From: Perna viridis
Taxonomy: Eukaryota
Assembly (NCBI GenBank): GCA_037379345.1
Contig: CM074516.1
Span: 49,823,626 to 49,887,625 of the forward strand
Direction: 5' to 3'
DNA: 64,000 nt
Shown here: positions 25,001-40,000 of the stretch, piece after piece
How the letters are laid out: every line of letters begins with the position of its first letter
How positions within the stretch are numbered: position 1 is the stretch's first letter
Program-made: the position numbers and the translations under genes
The notes under the pieces: generated by a model
Told to the model about the DNA's origin: nothing
Databases searched by the model: none
Seen by the model: the letters and a program-made list of their open reading frames with translations, nothing else

Positions 25001-28000
25001 AATAGATCTATAAAATGTCCAAATATTGGTGGGACACGATAAAATATTGATGTCTAGTGCCATTGTACCATGGTGAAACATACCGTGGTGAAACATACCG
25101 CCATAATATAAAAATTATTAGAGGAGAAAAAGCCACAAGCATGTTGGCTTGTTATCATTGACTTTCCATTATTGTATGGAAACCACAGGCCTTTTAGAAT
25201 ACCTGTGGGTTATTTACATGAATTAGATTGCACAATACTAGGTTGAATGTAAACTTATAGGTCTACATACTAGATACAGGACTGCTGACATAATGCTTTC
25301 CTTGCATGTGGAGTTGTAACAAAAAATATTAATGATACATGTAACACAAAATGTTTGAGACATTTTTCATCATAAATGAAATAAAATAAATTGACTTATA
25401 AACAGTGACAATGGTTGATTTGGAATTCCACCTCTTTTGTTAAAGTTTGTTAAGTTAGTTCAAAGCTTTCTCAAAAATGTGTAAATTGAAGCCAGGAACC
25501 CCCTTTTCTATAATTTGTGATTGAAACCCTCCTTTTATTGACTTACTGATTCCTGTACTGGATCCACTATGGTTACTCTCTGATGAACTGATAGACTTGG
25601 TTGTATCTGTGTTTGTTGGGCAGCACTGAAATCATAAAGTATTTTAATTGTAAGTATAAGATTCTCATTTAATTTCAGTTCAGTATATGGAACAAAATGT
25701 ATGGGAGACGGTAGAAAACAATATTTTGAAACATTCTTTGGCATTCATTATAAATACCCTTTCAAAATGATAATTGTTTGGAAATCATGCAAAATTCTCA
25801 TTATTTATTACCATCATCCTCTATTTTTAAATTAAAATGGCTCTAGATTTTTGACATTATCATCAAAACAATCGTACATATCAAATACCAAAATTACACA
25901 GAAAAACCCTTGCTGATAGCTGGGAGAACATTTTGACATGGTTTATATATATATTGCCATAGTGCCTAAAAAATAAGATATTTCAACTATATTTGAAGGA
26001 AGAGATACTGTACTGGTGTTTATGGTATTAGTCATGACCAGAGCTTCATGTTAATGTCATATTACCATACACTGTTTTCCAGTTTTTAAGACATGTTCCC
26101 CATAAAAAAAAACATTCTCTTATATATGCTGTTCTCCTAGTGGTTCTTATTTGAACAATAAATGGTCCCAAAAGCCTATATGAATGCAAAAAATTGAAGA
26201 GCTATATTCAATAAACAAGCACAGATCTAAACGTGTTTATATCAAGTTTAATCAGAAAATTATTCCATTGCATGATCATCTGTAATAAAAAGATCAAAAT
26301 CTTATGAAAAAGGTTTTAAAGATGCCCCTACGGGAAGATGAAATTTGAAATAGAAAATCAGATAACATTTTATGTTGATTTAGCATCGAATTCAATCAAA
26401 TAGATTTGTCCTAACATTGGTAGGTGTCCTATCTTAGACATTATATCATTGCAGAATATGTGATCCAGATGTGATTGAACAAGAACTTTACAATGTGCTT
26501 TAACTAAGAATTTAATAAGGCATAAAGAGCATATGGAGCTGCATTTCAATATTGTTATTAATATCAGTAAAATTAATCGCTGCTGAATAATTCATTGATG
26601 TGGAAGAGAGACAGGAATATCCATTAACACAAACTACCATCAACTAGCGCTTCCAATCATTGACTAAAATGCAAGTCTACACAAGATGATAAGGGAAAAC
26701 ACTTCATAAAATTAAACATGTGTTGTTAAATGCAATGTTTGTGACAGGTCTATAGTCACAGAATGTTTGCACAGACTGGTATAGAAACAATACCATTGTC
26801 ATCTCTGTAAGATAGTTGGCTAGTCAATTTATTATATCTGGTGTTCAGGACAGACATGACACTATGAAGGAACAGATTTTATCTTGGGATCAATAAACTG
26901 ATGGTTGACATAGCTTTCAGCATTTTGTGAAGCTGTGATTAGCTGCTGGTAGAAATAAGGAAAATGTATCTAATTTAGAAAAGCAAAACAACAGATTGTA
27001 ATAGGCAAAACACAACAAAGAAAATAGATCTTGATAGTCAAGAAAAGGCAATTAAAGTTTCTACCTATGAATAGATTGCCAAACATTTCTATTTGTATGG
27101 CAATAGTCAGCTGTTTCTAACTCTATAGCACAAAAAATGCCTGGTTAATATAATCAACTCCATTGTAAAATAATCTGTACATTACAATATAAACATTCAT
27201 TAACAGTAATGTAGAACCAAAGCTTTGATTTATCTATTACCTCATCTTCATCACTTTCTAATTTACAAAACACTAAAATGTTGTCATTCTAAACACAAGG
27301 ATAAAACGATTACCAGACCAAATAGCACTGTTTACCAGAAAACAGCTTGATCAATTTAACAGACCAGAGTAAAACACATTCAGGACTACAGAAGAAATTT
27401 GTCAATGTCGAAAACTATTCTGTAAACTGTTGTTAATTAAATTTTTGCAGCATCTGTCTTGTAGCTGGTACTTATTGAAATTCCCTCTTGTCAACCAAAT
27501 ATCTCAATTTATTCTTAAAGAAAAAGAATTATTGTCGTGTATAATTGTGACTCAGTCTAGAAAATATCGCTGAAATGTGACAAGTGATATAATATGGTGT
27601 TGAAACACTGCATCATGTGTGAAATGGCATTCCTCCACTCATAATCCAATATACTGAGACACAGAAAGGAGATCAGAAAAGTGCTCAAGTCTAATCCTTT
27701 TATATGAAAACTATTTCATTGTATGAAACTAAATAACTGCAAATTAGATTTTGTATCATTGTTAAATGCATAAATAGCAGAAATTGTTGAAATTAAATAC
27801 TACATTTTAAAACTCTGAAATTTTGAATAACAGTATCACCCATTTTTTTGTTTATTTTTAGTAACCAGTAATATTTTTTCTATGAATCACAACAAAGTAG
27901 GTTACAGGTAAATAATAGTAGTCAAGGAATGCCTGTGTAATCTTATATTTATTTCACTGTTTTTCTGGTAGATTTATTACACAGAAACTAAATCATGTAT

Positions 28001-31000
28001 AAAATAACATGTTGAGACCTTGAACCCAGCTTCGGTTTGAACTTTAGTATCTCTCTCTCTCTTGATCAGGAACCGTGTTAAGAAGAATTAACTCTACTTT
28101 CATTTAGAAGATAACAGAATCCATTTAAGAATTGAAACTTTCAACTAATGCACCATATTTAATCAGATCCCTTGAGAAAACCATAACTCTACAAGTTTTT
28201 GTTTTAAAAGAGGTTCAGACCTTGGAAGGATGATACTGGAACTGCTCATTAAGGACAATTTTCTTTATATGTAGTGCTTAAAGTAATATGGTATTTTGTC
28301 TTTGTATTTCCTTACTGGATGCTAAAGACAATCAGAAGATTATGGTATTACAGAGTGATCAGTGAACAAGAGCTTCAACAAAAACTCAGCTAGGCCTTAA
28401 ACTGAAATCATTCAACAAAATCTTCCACAACTCAGCTAAGTCCCAAAATCATTCAACAAAATCTTCCACAACTCAGCTAAGTCCCAAAATCATTCAACGA
28501 AATCTTCCACAACTCAGCTAAGTCCCAAAATCATTCAACGAAATCTTCCACAACTCAGCTACGTCCCGAAATCATTCAAAAATCTTCCAGAACTCAGCTA
28601 CGTCCTGAAATCATTCAACAAAATCTTCCACAACTCAGCTACATCCTGAAATTATTCAAGAAAATCTTCCACAACTCAAGCTATGTCTTGAAATCGTTCA
28701 ACAAAATCTTCCACAACTCAGCTAGGTCTTAAACTAAAATCATTCAACAAAATCTTCCACAACTCAGCTAGGTTTTACACTGAAATTATTCAACAAAATC
28801 TTCCACCACTCAGCGAAGTCCTGAAATCATTCAAGGCTTCACCATATACTTGTGTACAATTATGGCTCTACTAATTAAATAATCCATAGACTTATACATG
28901 TGGGTCAGTGCATATACATGTATTACAACTGATCATTACATGTACAATGTACCATTATTGTTATAAACACATATCAAGACAGCACATAAATATTAACAAG
29001 AAGTTTTACAATAGAGGTAGAGAAGGCTGTTTTGAAGTCCTTAAATGCATTCTACTAACATCCTACAGACCTACTGTATAGACACACTGTCAACAGGACT
29101 TCCTCTAGTCATATTGTTAGCAAGAGGAAGACAATAAACTTACAAAGCAATTATGTCAAGATCTGTTTAAAAGTGTTCAAATGACCCTGTCACTCATACC
29201 ATACTTATTCTACTGAAATAATGAGTATTCCATCAGTTTCTCATTTTCTGGAATAAACCTTTTGACTTGTAATGAATTCTGTAGAAACATGGACTGATCA
29301 CAATCAACTACCAAAGAAGAACCAAGTCATATTTATCCCAGAATCCTATTGAGACATTTTTCTTACTTGAAAGGTGTCAAGGGACTGCATGATGTCTGTC
29401 AACCCATGATCTAATTATGATTGATGGCTTCCTAAGGGAACCAGTTCTAATTGGACTGATACCAGGTCAAATTTCAACATATTAGCTTTAAAAGGAGAAA
29501 ATTAAAGAACTGTGTAGCGTCAGTAAAGGCCAATTGATAAGTGATTAATTATTTTCTTGACAACTTTCTGAGAAATCATTAGATAAAAGTGCAGTGGTGA
29601 AATATTTAGCACAAAAGTAGAGAATTGATAAGGTCATCACTCAATGGAATAGTCCCTTCATTTTAAACAGAATGGAAACTAGACTTTATTTAAACCAGAT
29701 AAAGCATGAAAAAGAAACATTGTCCTTGTGACTTTTGATTATAATGAGAATGATATAGTATCAAAATATGGATAATAAAGTTGATTCAGATTTTTTTAAT
29801 TTATCACAGAGTAAGTACTTTATACAACGAAATTTAGAATTAACACAGAAATGTTGTTTTTTTTTCACCTGTCAGTTGTTTACTCAATCCACCAAGACAA
29901 ACTAATTTCTTCATTCTCCTTTCTTTCTAATTTAATCATGGTTTATTTCATCTATTACATGGTGTTCTTACATTTCCCATTAGTACAAACAGCTTTGGGA
30001 TATTTACTAATGGCCCAGTACAATGCAGACAAATAAATATGAAAGTCTCAACAATAACATAATACACCATTCTATTCATTTCTGTCAAATTCAATTAGTG
30101 AGATTCTATATGGCTACAATTGACCAATATAATACAATTTGACAAAAGATGACACTTTCCCCCACAAGCTAAAAATGTTTCTTAAGTATATTAAGGAAAC
30201 CCTTTTTCGAAGCTTCAATATCAAAGTAATACACCGAATAATCTGCTTGAATTGCCAATATGAAATTTCTAATCAACTATCTCATTGCATGGAAGTATTT
30301 TATATGACAACCCTCATTAATTTTACAGGATAGCTAAGTAATCCCTTGCTGATCATGAAAGATGAAATATTTTTTGTAGTTTGATAGGCAATTCTGGAGT
30401 GATATATCCTCCCAATTCCATCTTTGTCGTAGGGGTAGTATTTAATCTCCATTCCACCTAATCAAAACTTTCCTACAGAAAGTAAATATTAACCTTTCAA
30501 AACAAACCCATCTTATCAATGGTCTGTGAGAATTTAGTCCTTCCAAACTTATTCCTGAACCTATCTTATCAATTGTCAGTGAGAATAGAATTTTGTCCTT
30601 CCAAAGTTATCCCTGAACCCATCTTATCAATGGTCTATGAGAATTTAGTCCTTCCAATCTTATCCCTGAACCCATCTTATCAATGGTCTACGAGAATTTA
30701 GTCCTCCCAATCTTATCCCTGAACCCATCTCATCAATTGTCTGTGAGAATTTAGTCCTTCCAATCTTATTCCTGAACCCATCTTATCAATGGTCTATGAG
30801 AATTTAGTCCTTCCAATCTTATTCCTGAACCCATCTTATCAATGGTCTATGAGAATTTAGTCCTTCCAAACTTATCCCTGAACCCATCTTATCAATTGTC
30901 TGTGAGAATTTAGTCCTTCCAATCTTATTCCTGAACCCATCTTATCAACTGTCTATGAGAATTTAGTCCTTCCAAACTTATTTCTGATCCCATCTTATCA

Positions 31001-34000
31001 ATTGTCTATAAGGTTTTAGTCCTTCCAAAGTTCTTACTGGGAAGGGGGAGAGCGATTATATACTGTCTTTGGGGAATTAGTTGTCTTTTACTAATGCACC
31101 ATAAAAATAAGTCTACACCATGTACTACAAATTGCAATGTATAAGTGGTGAAGTTTCTTTATACAGAAATCTTAATTTTCAATGTTTCTAATTCATGGAT
31201 ATAAGTAAACCCAATACCTTTTTCAACCTGTGTAAACTGAGATCAAGACAATATGTAGTTCCATAAGTTTTACATTTCTCAAGGTTCTCAGAAATTGTTT
31301 ATTTTTTAACAATATTTATTTTGAGAATATTATAGTTAGTAAGAATGACATCATTGAAGTTTAATCAGGTGAAAAATATCTTTTATGCCGTAATACTGGT
31401 GTCGATAATGAAATCAACAAGGAAATAAACGATCAATAATTTGATAGGAAGACTTATTTAGAAACTAATTACAACTCCAGATATTTTCATTGAAAGAGTA
31501 AAACAGGAAAAATGCATTAATTTGGTATCATTGGGACAGAGAGTTATCACACTGCACCATCTTAATTCAATTTTTTATCCAAAACTTTCTAGAATATAAT
31601 CAGACAGAACATTTTCAATCTAGCATAGAATTTTATGCCACTGAGCATCTTTTTATACAGGGGAAGTTAATGAAGCAAAATGGGCAATTACTTCAGAGAA
31701 ATTTTCAATTATAATTGACTCCCAGTTAATCATACAGACTAATGAAATAACTTGTATAAAACAATTGGTGAGAAATAATTGACCTCCAAATATAGAGGGG
31801 ATGGTACCAACTAAACATTGAGTTGTGGAATAGTTGACCTCCTATATCTATAAAGGGGATAGTACCCTAAAGTTGAGAAAGACCAGTTTGTGTTGTCAGT
31901 TGCTCACTGTACTTCTTGATTGTATTTCTATACATTTAGCTAGCATCTATGTTGAACATGAAGTATGTTTACCGTTCAGATGGATGCTACAGTTGTGAAT
32001 GAAAACAAACAGAGAAGACAAGGAAGTCACCTGTTAATATCATTAACATCTACTATAAAGTTTGTGATCATTTAATACAGAACCATTCATCATTTTCTAA
32101 ATTTAGATACAAGTATAACCTTCTCACCTTCAACCTTGAATGACCTCCAACTTCTGCCTTGACACTCCATGATGGTGGTGAAGTATCTGATGCCATAGAA
32201 ACAGCACTGGAGTTACTACAGTACACAACCTCATCACCTCTAGGAGGCACAAGGTCACTGTGGTTTGGTCCTTGACATTCCATGGATTGCTCTGATTCGA
32301 AAGACAATGAGGATGCATGAGAGGAACTATCATGAACACATGCAAATGTTTTCATTAAATTTCCATGTTGGCATTCTATAGAATGTCCATGCATTTTCAG
32401 TTCATGTGGATTCACTGGAGCGTAAACTCTTGGGCTCTGACTAGGAAGATAGAAATTAACAGGAGACGTTACAGCAGAGCTGGGCATGGTCCGTGTCGGT
32501 GTACAGGAAAGAGACCTTGGAGAATCAGGTGACCTCACAGTGCGATCAAGATGGCTGACACTGTGAACACGTCGATGTTGAAAACATTCAAATCGATGAC
32601 TTGGGTCAGAACACATATTGCGTGAGTTAGTTGAGTCATCAGTCTTTATCTGGCGTAGACACACTCCACATTTCTTTGGGGAATCTGAAAGCACAACAAA
32701 TAATGGACAACTGTTTATAAAAACTTTAATTGAGAGAAGACAACTGTTTATAAAAACTTTAATCGTGTGAACACAACTGTTTATAAAAACTTTGAGAGAG
32801 AAAAAAAGGAACTAAGGACCAACAACCAACTAGTAGAACAGACATTCTAGTGCAAACTCAACGTGGGACTAAACAACAATCATTTTTTTTTTAAATAACA
32901 TCAAATTATGTTAAGATTTCAGTGGAATTATTTCCAGGACCCTTTCAATGTAGTATTAAACAGACAGTTTGACCCAGTAGTTTTCACATTCCCTTCCATT
33001 GAAATCTGACACTTTTGAGTATGAACAGAAAAAAAACTGAAGGCAGATCAACAGACATTCAATGTAGAAGTGAATGGTGCAGTATTGTCTGATGTGGTGG
33101 AGGAAAATAAGTTCATTTATACCAATGTAGAACATAATTGTCTTAAACTATTTGTTTTCTACCATTAACCTATCAGCACTATACCAATACACTGAAGGCA
33201 TTGTTGGCCTCAGATTTACTCTATTCATACCACAATTTTTTTATGGATTTTATATGGTTCAAGCAATAAAGGAAAAATCACAAAGAAATTTGAAAAAAAA
33301 ATTGTCTATCATTAACTTATAAAATTCTTCAGGATTGTTTAATGAGTTATCAAGATGGTATTATACTATAAAATGAGAGTAAATTGATAGGATAAACTGG
33401 TCATGAGAAGCTGTTAACTCAGGTGTAAACGGTAAGAACTGACAATTCCCTTAGGCAATAAAAAAACGGAACTAGAGGCGTTAAAGAGCCTGAATCGCTT
33501 ACTTGGTTTGATAAGCAACATTTTATTTTTGTAAAAGCAGCAATATTTTCTCTTGGATAAAATTCATAATGCTCAAACCTACGGAACAATCATGTCAATG
33601 TCCAGTAGTGTCAAAGGAGAATATTTAAAAAAAAAAACACTTAGTAACATTTAAATAGCGAAAAAACATCAAAAAGGGCAATAACTCCAACATGGCTTAA
33701 CAGATTGACACGAAAATTTGACCACAGACAGATCTCATCAAGCTGAATACTTTTATTCCATGTCAGAATTTTGCTACACCTAACGGTTTTCAAGATATAT
33801 GCAAAAACCCTAGAGTATGATAGCCTTGTAAGTATAGAACTTTATTCAATCAACTGCATTTTATAGAAACTGTTTCCTTGTTAATTGATTGATATTCCTA
33901 ACTTGGTGTCTTATTAGATTGTACAAATATATATATACCAGTGTAGACTGCTGATGGAGACTTGACAGGTCGCCCTTTTTTCTTCTTTCGGTCTTTTTCC

Positions 34001-37000
34001 ATCTACAAGGAAACACAATACAGAGTAGCTTGGGTAAATTTTATAATTCCAAAATTTGATAATCAATTTTGTGCATGTTTTTAATATTTCTAGTTCAGCA
34101 AATAAATATACTTCATTCTCCATGATGAAGTTCTGATTAAAATGGATAACAAATTTAATCCAAAGAGTATTGATAATCTTAGAACTAGAAATCTAAAGCA
34201 TGTGTCTCCGATACACCATATAACAAGAAGGTACCAACAAAAAATCTCCCTTAATTGTTTTCTTTTTATTCAGGCATACACCTTACTGTGTATTTCAGTC
34301 ACCATGATTAGTTCTAATTAGACAAAGCTCACAATTCTAACTTTTAACCACCAAGAAGGACTTAAGAGTGTCCATTTAGAAACCAGGCAGTTCCTATGAT
34401 ATGGATGGCACAGGGTAAAGTTTATCCTGTTGAATTTTTTGTTCCAATGTACTGTTTATATCGTGTATATATATACATTCATTACTACAACAAAATTTTC
34501 AAAATTGACAATGGACGGCTCAGAGAATGGTTTTACACTTCCCTACGAGAGCAACTAAATTTTGCACATAGCGAAAGAGTTTTCTCCCTTTTCAATGAAG
34601 TTCAATGCTATGTAAATCTATTTCTCTTTAACCGTTGCTGTTCATCAAAAACCAACATTCAACTTTGAGAAACGATGCATTTGTGGTACAGATGAAATTG
34701 ATGAAATTTTTTTTGAAACAAAATTTGTAATGTGCCACCCACTGCCTGGTTTTTATTTCATACACTATATGACTAAACAGTACGGGACATTGGAGGTGGA
34801 TAGGACACACTTTAAGAAAATCCCCAATAAGTATGCCCCAGCAGGCCCTAATATGGAATCCCAAAGGGAAATAAAAGAGGTAGAACTTGCAACACATGGA
34901 GAAGATATTTAGAGGAAGAGCCTGAATCTCTCCCTTGATAACCTACATTCTTTTCATTGTAAAAGCGTCCAAGACTTTCTTTGATACAAAACCCATTTTA
35001 TGCAGGAGAAACTTAGGAATGATCAAACTTTGAATTATAAAGTAATTTTAACATCAAAAATAGCAAAAAAGAATGTCCAAAAAAGGATTCGCTCCAACAT
35101 CAGTTAATTGATGATCACAGATATCTCATCATGCAGGACGTCAAAGTTTGACATAACCTAATAATTCAATTTCAGAAGTAACACACTTTCTGAAAAGTTT
35201 TGTAATGTGACTGTGATGTAATGAAACTTTTAATTTAACCTGAATGCCAGTTGTGTGCACTTGAAAATAACCTTCTACCAAGGAGTGTGCACCACATGAT
35301 TAGGAGTTTACATCAATCTTACACAGACTATAATCAGAATAGGGTATAACACCTATTGTAATACTGATCGTATTGGAAACTCTCAAAACTCTCAAAAAGA
35401 GAGAAGTCCACCCATTAAAAAGAGAGAAGTCCACCTATTCACAGTTCTTTTTACATGTCATATTATTTTGGCAATTCACTTCCACAATAACTTGACAGCT
35501 TTAGGAGGTAACTCTAAGGAAAAAGGACAGATTTATTAACAATATGGATGCTCCTTTATAAACTATCAAATGGAGGAACCAAGGAGATTTACTTTCAATA
35601 CAGCAGGCCCCTTTATAAACTATCAAATGGAAGAACCAAGGAGATTTACTTTCAATATAGCAGGCCCCTTTATAAACTATAAAACTAAAGAACCACCAAA
35701 ATTTATATGTATAAACAATATGGCTGGTCAACAATCAGGAAAGTAAGATGACATGCATGCTCAGCCACAATTAAATCACACTTGGCAGAAATCATGGATA
35801 ATTTCCGATATTATGTTAAAATGTAATTATAGTGCATGTTTCAATGTTCGCAAAAAAACAGACAATTAGCTTTCTGATGTCTGCAGTTCATGACAGTCAC
35901 ACCCATCCGCTTGATCCCAATAAAAAATTCAAGATTTTCCACTTCCGACTTTCTCAAATCTGCTTCTAAATTAAGCTATTTATCAAAATTTAATGACAGC
36001 CCAGTGTATTTTACATTGATTTGTGGGAAGTTAACTGTGCTAAAATCAATGGACTTGGCCCATTAATTAAACATGGAGTTATTTCCAGAAGAAAACCCTA
36101 TTTCAGTGTCACACTTGTATTACACTTCATTAATCAAAAGCACCATAAAATCAGAGGTTTTAAGCTCAGATATTGGTTTATATATTCTCATATGGAGGTT
36201 AATGTACATTTTGACCTCTCATGCACATGAAAAATACATTTAGACTACTAAGGTCCAAATTGACTGATTTGCTTCAGAAGAAACTTTGGACATTAGTATT
36301 GTTTTATGAATATATCAACAATTTTAGGCAGTTGCTATGGAGATCCAGTAACAAACCAATTGTTCATTCTGTCCTAGACACGAACTTCAGAAAATTATAG
36401 TCATTTCATTTATCATTTATTGCAATGATTTCCACAGAAAATTTGGGAATTCATTCAGAACTTTTAAGTGATATAACAATTCAGCAAAATCTGAAACCTA
36501 AAAGAGATTGGAAATAATTGTTTTTTTTTCTGCATGCATGGTAGATAGACTTAAATTACTGTCATATTGTTCCTTTTACAGAATGATACCTATTGCCATT
36601 AGATTTCTTTTCCAAAAGATATAAAGAAGTATACCATTAACTTCAATTGACAAAAAAATCACCAGCCAGGATTCCCTAACTCATACTTTCTTAATAAATT
36701 GTAATTAACATCAGACATCACTTTTGTAAACAACATGCCTCTAGAGGGAAAGCCTACATTGATGTTGCTGCCAAACTATTTCTTGCCAACCTTGTTACTA
36801 TAAATATCTTTTCTAGTCTGCACCTTCATTATTGAAACAAGACCAGGGTGATAGTGATTCCAGATTTTACACAATACTCAATTTATTTGCCAAACTTTCT
36901 ACAGGAGCATTGGTTTATCATATATGAGTTCAATTGTACTTTAGTCAGAATATTTACATTGTAAGAAGAAAGTGGAAGAAATCATGTTTTGTCTGTGATA

Positions 37001-40000
37001 TACAGCTCAGTCAATTAAAACTCAACCAACAGGAATAGACAATAAAGAAACTGATGTAACAAAAATATTCCAACATTTGAAAGTGTAAAATGTAAAATGT
37101 TGAAAAAAATATTGCAAAATACTGCATTTTCTCATCACTTTACATAACTTTATTTCCTTTAACAGTCATCAAATAACTTAATTGTCTGAAATGCCAGGGA
37201 AATTATAGATTTAATTACAGCGACTGGTAACAGGCTGAAACATATCACTAATATTCACAATACTAAATGTTGCTGATTTAAAATGGCTCCATCAAATGTA
37301 AGTTTTTGTGACAAATTGTCACTTCAATGATTACATCATCAGTAATAACAGAAGAAGCAAATATGACAGAATAACTATATATGATATATTTCACTGGAGC
37401 TGAAGCATAAATAATTCACCATCTAATTATAGGAAAATCATCCATACATGGTAAAAATGGACATAAAATTCTCAGACTTCGTGTCTCCATGCAATCCTTG
37501 GTATTATGAGGTTTCTGCTTTTTCTTTGGAAACTAAAATCAATTTTCATGTTGCATGTAGAGTCTCACACTATTTGAAAGTGAACCACAGTAAAAAGTGT
37601 TATATCACAAGTATAAAATTATGTGAAAGCAACAAATTGACCAGACAATGTAAATAAGGAAGAAGCTATGGACAGGGATAGGACTGGAAGACAGGGAATG
37701 AGTGTGGGGACAAAAATAGAAGTTAGGGAGAGGGCATAGGAGTAACTAGGGATAAAAATGGGGAATCAGCACCAGAAACAAAGACGGAGACTGGGAAACA
37801 GGGCATTGAATGAGTATAAAATTACCTGCAGTATTTCTTTCCTTCGTTCATCTTCAAACTTTTTCACCTGAAAAGAAAAACCAAAACTTAAAATATTTAT
37901 CTAAATGGTAATAGTATCTACTCACTGAACAAATTACTATTTGTAGTATCTACTCACCTGAACAAATTACTATTAGGTCACAAACTGAGTAAATGAACAA
38001 ATTATGCATTGATGCATTATCAATTAACAAGTTTTACCACTCTGATAAACAGGACTATATCAACTGCCATACCATTTCTGACAATTAAAATAGATCATAG
38101 GTGAGAGATCAACAAACCTAAGATATACCAGGAACAGTATTAACAAATAAGGACTAGAAATCATTAATTCCACTTCCCATAGGCTTCAATGCTAATTTTA
38201 CAATATTCAATGGCTTCCTTGGACTACACCTTAACTTAAACCTACGGAATATATATATTAGCATGATTCTACATATGTTACCTCACAATACTCAGAATAG
38301 CATATGAGGTTAGCAGACTTGGAATGCAGCACTGGTCACCGAAAGTAAAGGGTTTATAAAAAGCAAGGGAAATACCAGGGTTTTCACAAGATAGGGGTAT
38401 ACTTTAGTATTAAGACATCACAATGGTATTAAAAATTTACATTAAAAGAAGAAAAATGCCCTTATGAAATGTGCAGAAATGTTTTCCCTTGCAGAAACAG
38501 TCTTAATTTTTGAAATAACAAAAAACTTTATTCACAGCACTACAATGAACAAGGGACCATTTCGGTGTAGGACTATTTTTGTGTACATTCCAAATGCTCA
38601 TTGGTTGAATTGGTGGAGTCTAACCTAAACAGTCCATTTTTGTCTTCAAAAAAATTAAATAACTATACAAGTAGCTTCTTACAAACATAGTGAATGAATG
38701 TGCAAAGTTTCAGCGAAATTTAACAAGCACTTTTTGGAATATTTGATTCTCAAATAAAGGTTTACAAAGTTGTGCAACCAAAAAAGTGACAATATTCTAC
38801 ACTACTGAAGTGCCTTATGTATTTGCAAGTAACTTTTTCTGAATTATCAGATAAAAAGAATCAACCAATACTTGTTTGACAATATTAGTATGAGTTAGCC
38901 TGAACTTGTGAGTATTTTCTAAAAAGAATATTGACCAAATATTCAGAATTTATATCTTACATGCCTCCCCCCTTTTCTTGATCATGTGTCAAAGCTCTAA
39001 ATGTTTAAATTTTAACATAAAGTGATATATTGGGCTTGTATCTAAAGCATTTTACAAGATGTGGTCAACCAACACATATATCAAGGATAAGTGATTTTTA
39101 TATACACTTTTTGAAAAATAAATAATATTGCTGAAATAATACTCTTTAATAATTTACTTCACATTTTACCAACATATGGTACCACAGCCGACAAATAGCC
39201 ACAATGAAGAAATGTCAACGACAACTACCTGATTGATGAACACAGCAACAGCATTATAAATGGATGTTTTTTTTTTGTTTTTTTGGGGGTTTTTTTTGGG
39301 GGGGGTGAATACATCTTATTTATTGAAAACTGTGAAAAGCTAGTATTGTTTTCCATCCTCTTTTTGTTACAACAGAATTTTGTTCAATAAGGATACAGAA
39401 AACACAGCCTATGGTCAACTGTGCTTCACTAAGTGAAAAACTTGACCTGATCCATCCCTTTTCATGCACTGGTTCAATTTGCAACTTAAATAAAAGGCAG
39501 AGTATATGTAATTGGAATTAACCGTCCCCTTCAGGAAAACCTTATGTAAATTTTATTTCAGATCAAAAACAAAATATTCCAACCTTTAAAGTAATCCACA
39601 GTTGATATTCAGAGAAAACCTTTCCTGTCATTAAGAGAGAACAATCGCACCAGCACATTATTTTCTCCTCAGAACTTCAAATAAATTGAACTTGTATTGA
39701 TTGTTGAGATACCTACAATGTGCTGGGGATGTAATGATTACAATTAAGTTTGATTATAGCATGCAGTTGTTTACCTATAGTTTCCTGTGGATCACACAAT
39801 CAGCCCATTAATTTTCCTGGCTTCACGATTGATTTCAGTAAAATATTAATGACAGACATGCTTAAGGGCGGCTCATTCACAGGAATCATACATACATCTT
39901 CTATAATGTTTTACAACAATTCTATCAAGTCTACTACACTATAACATTTCTATGATTACATCACATCTACCCCAAAGAACTTGAGATAAAGGATACTACA

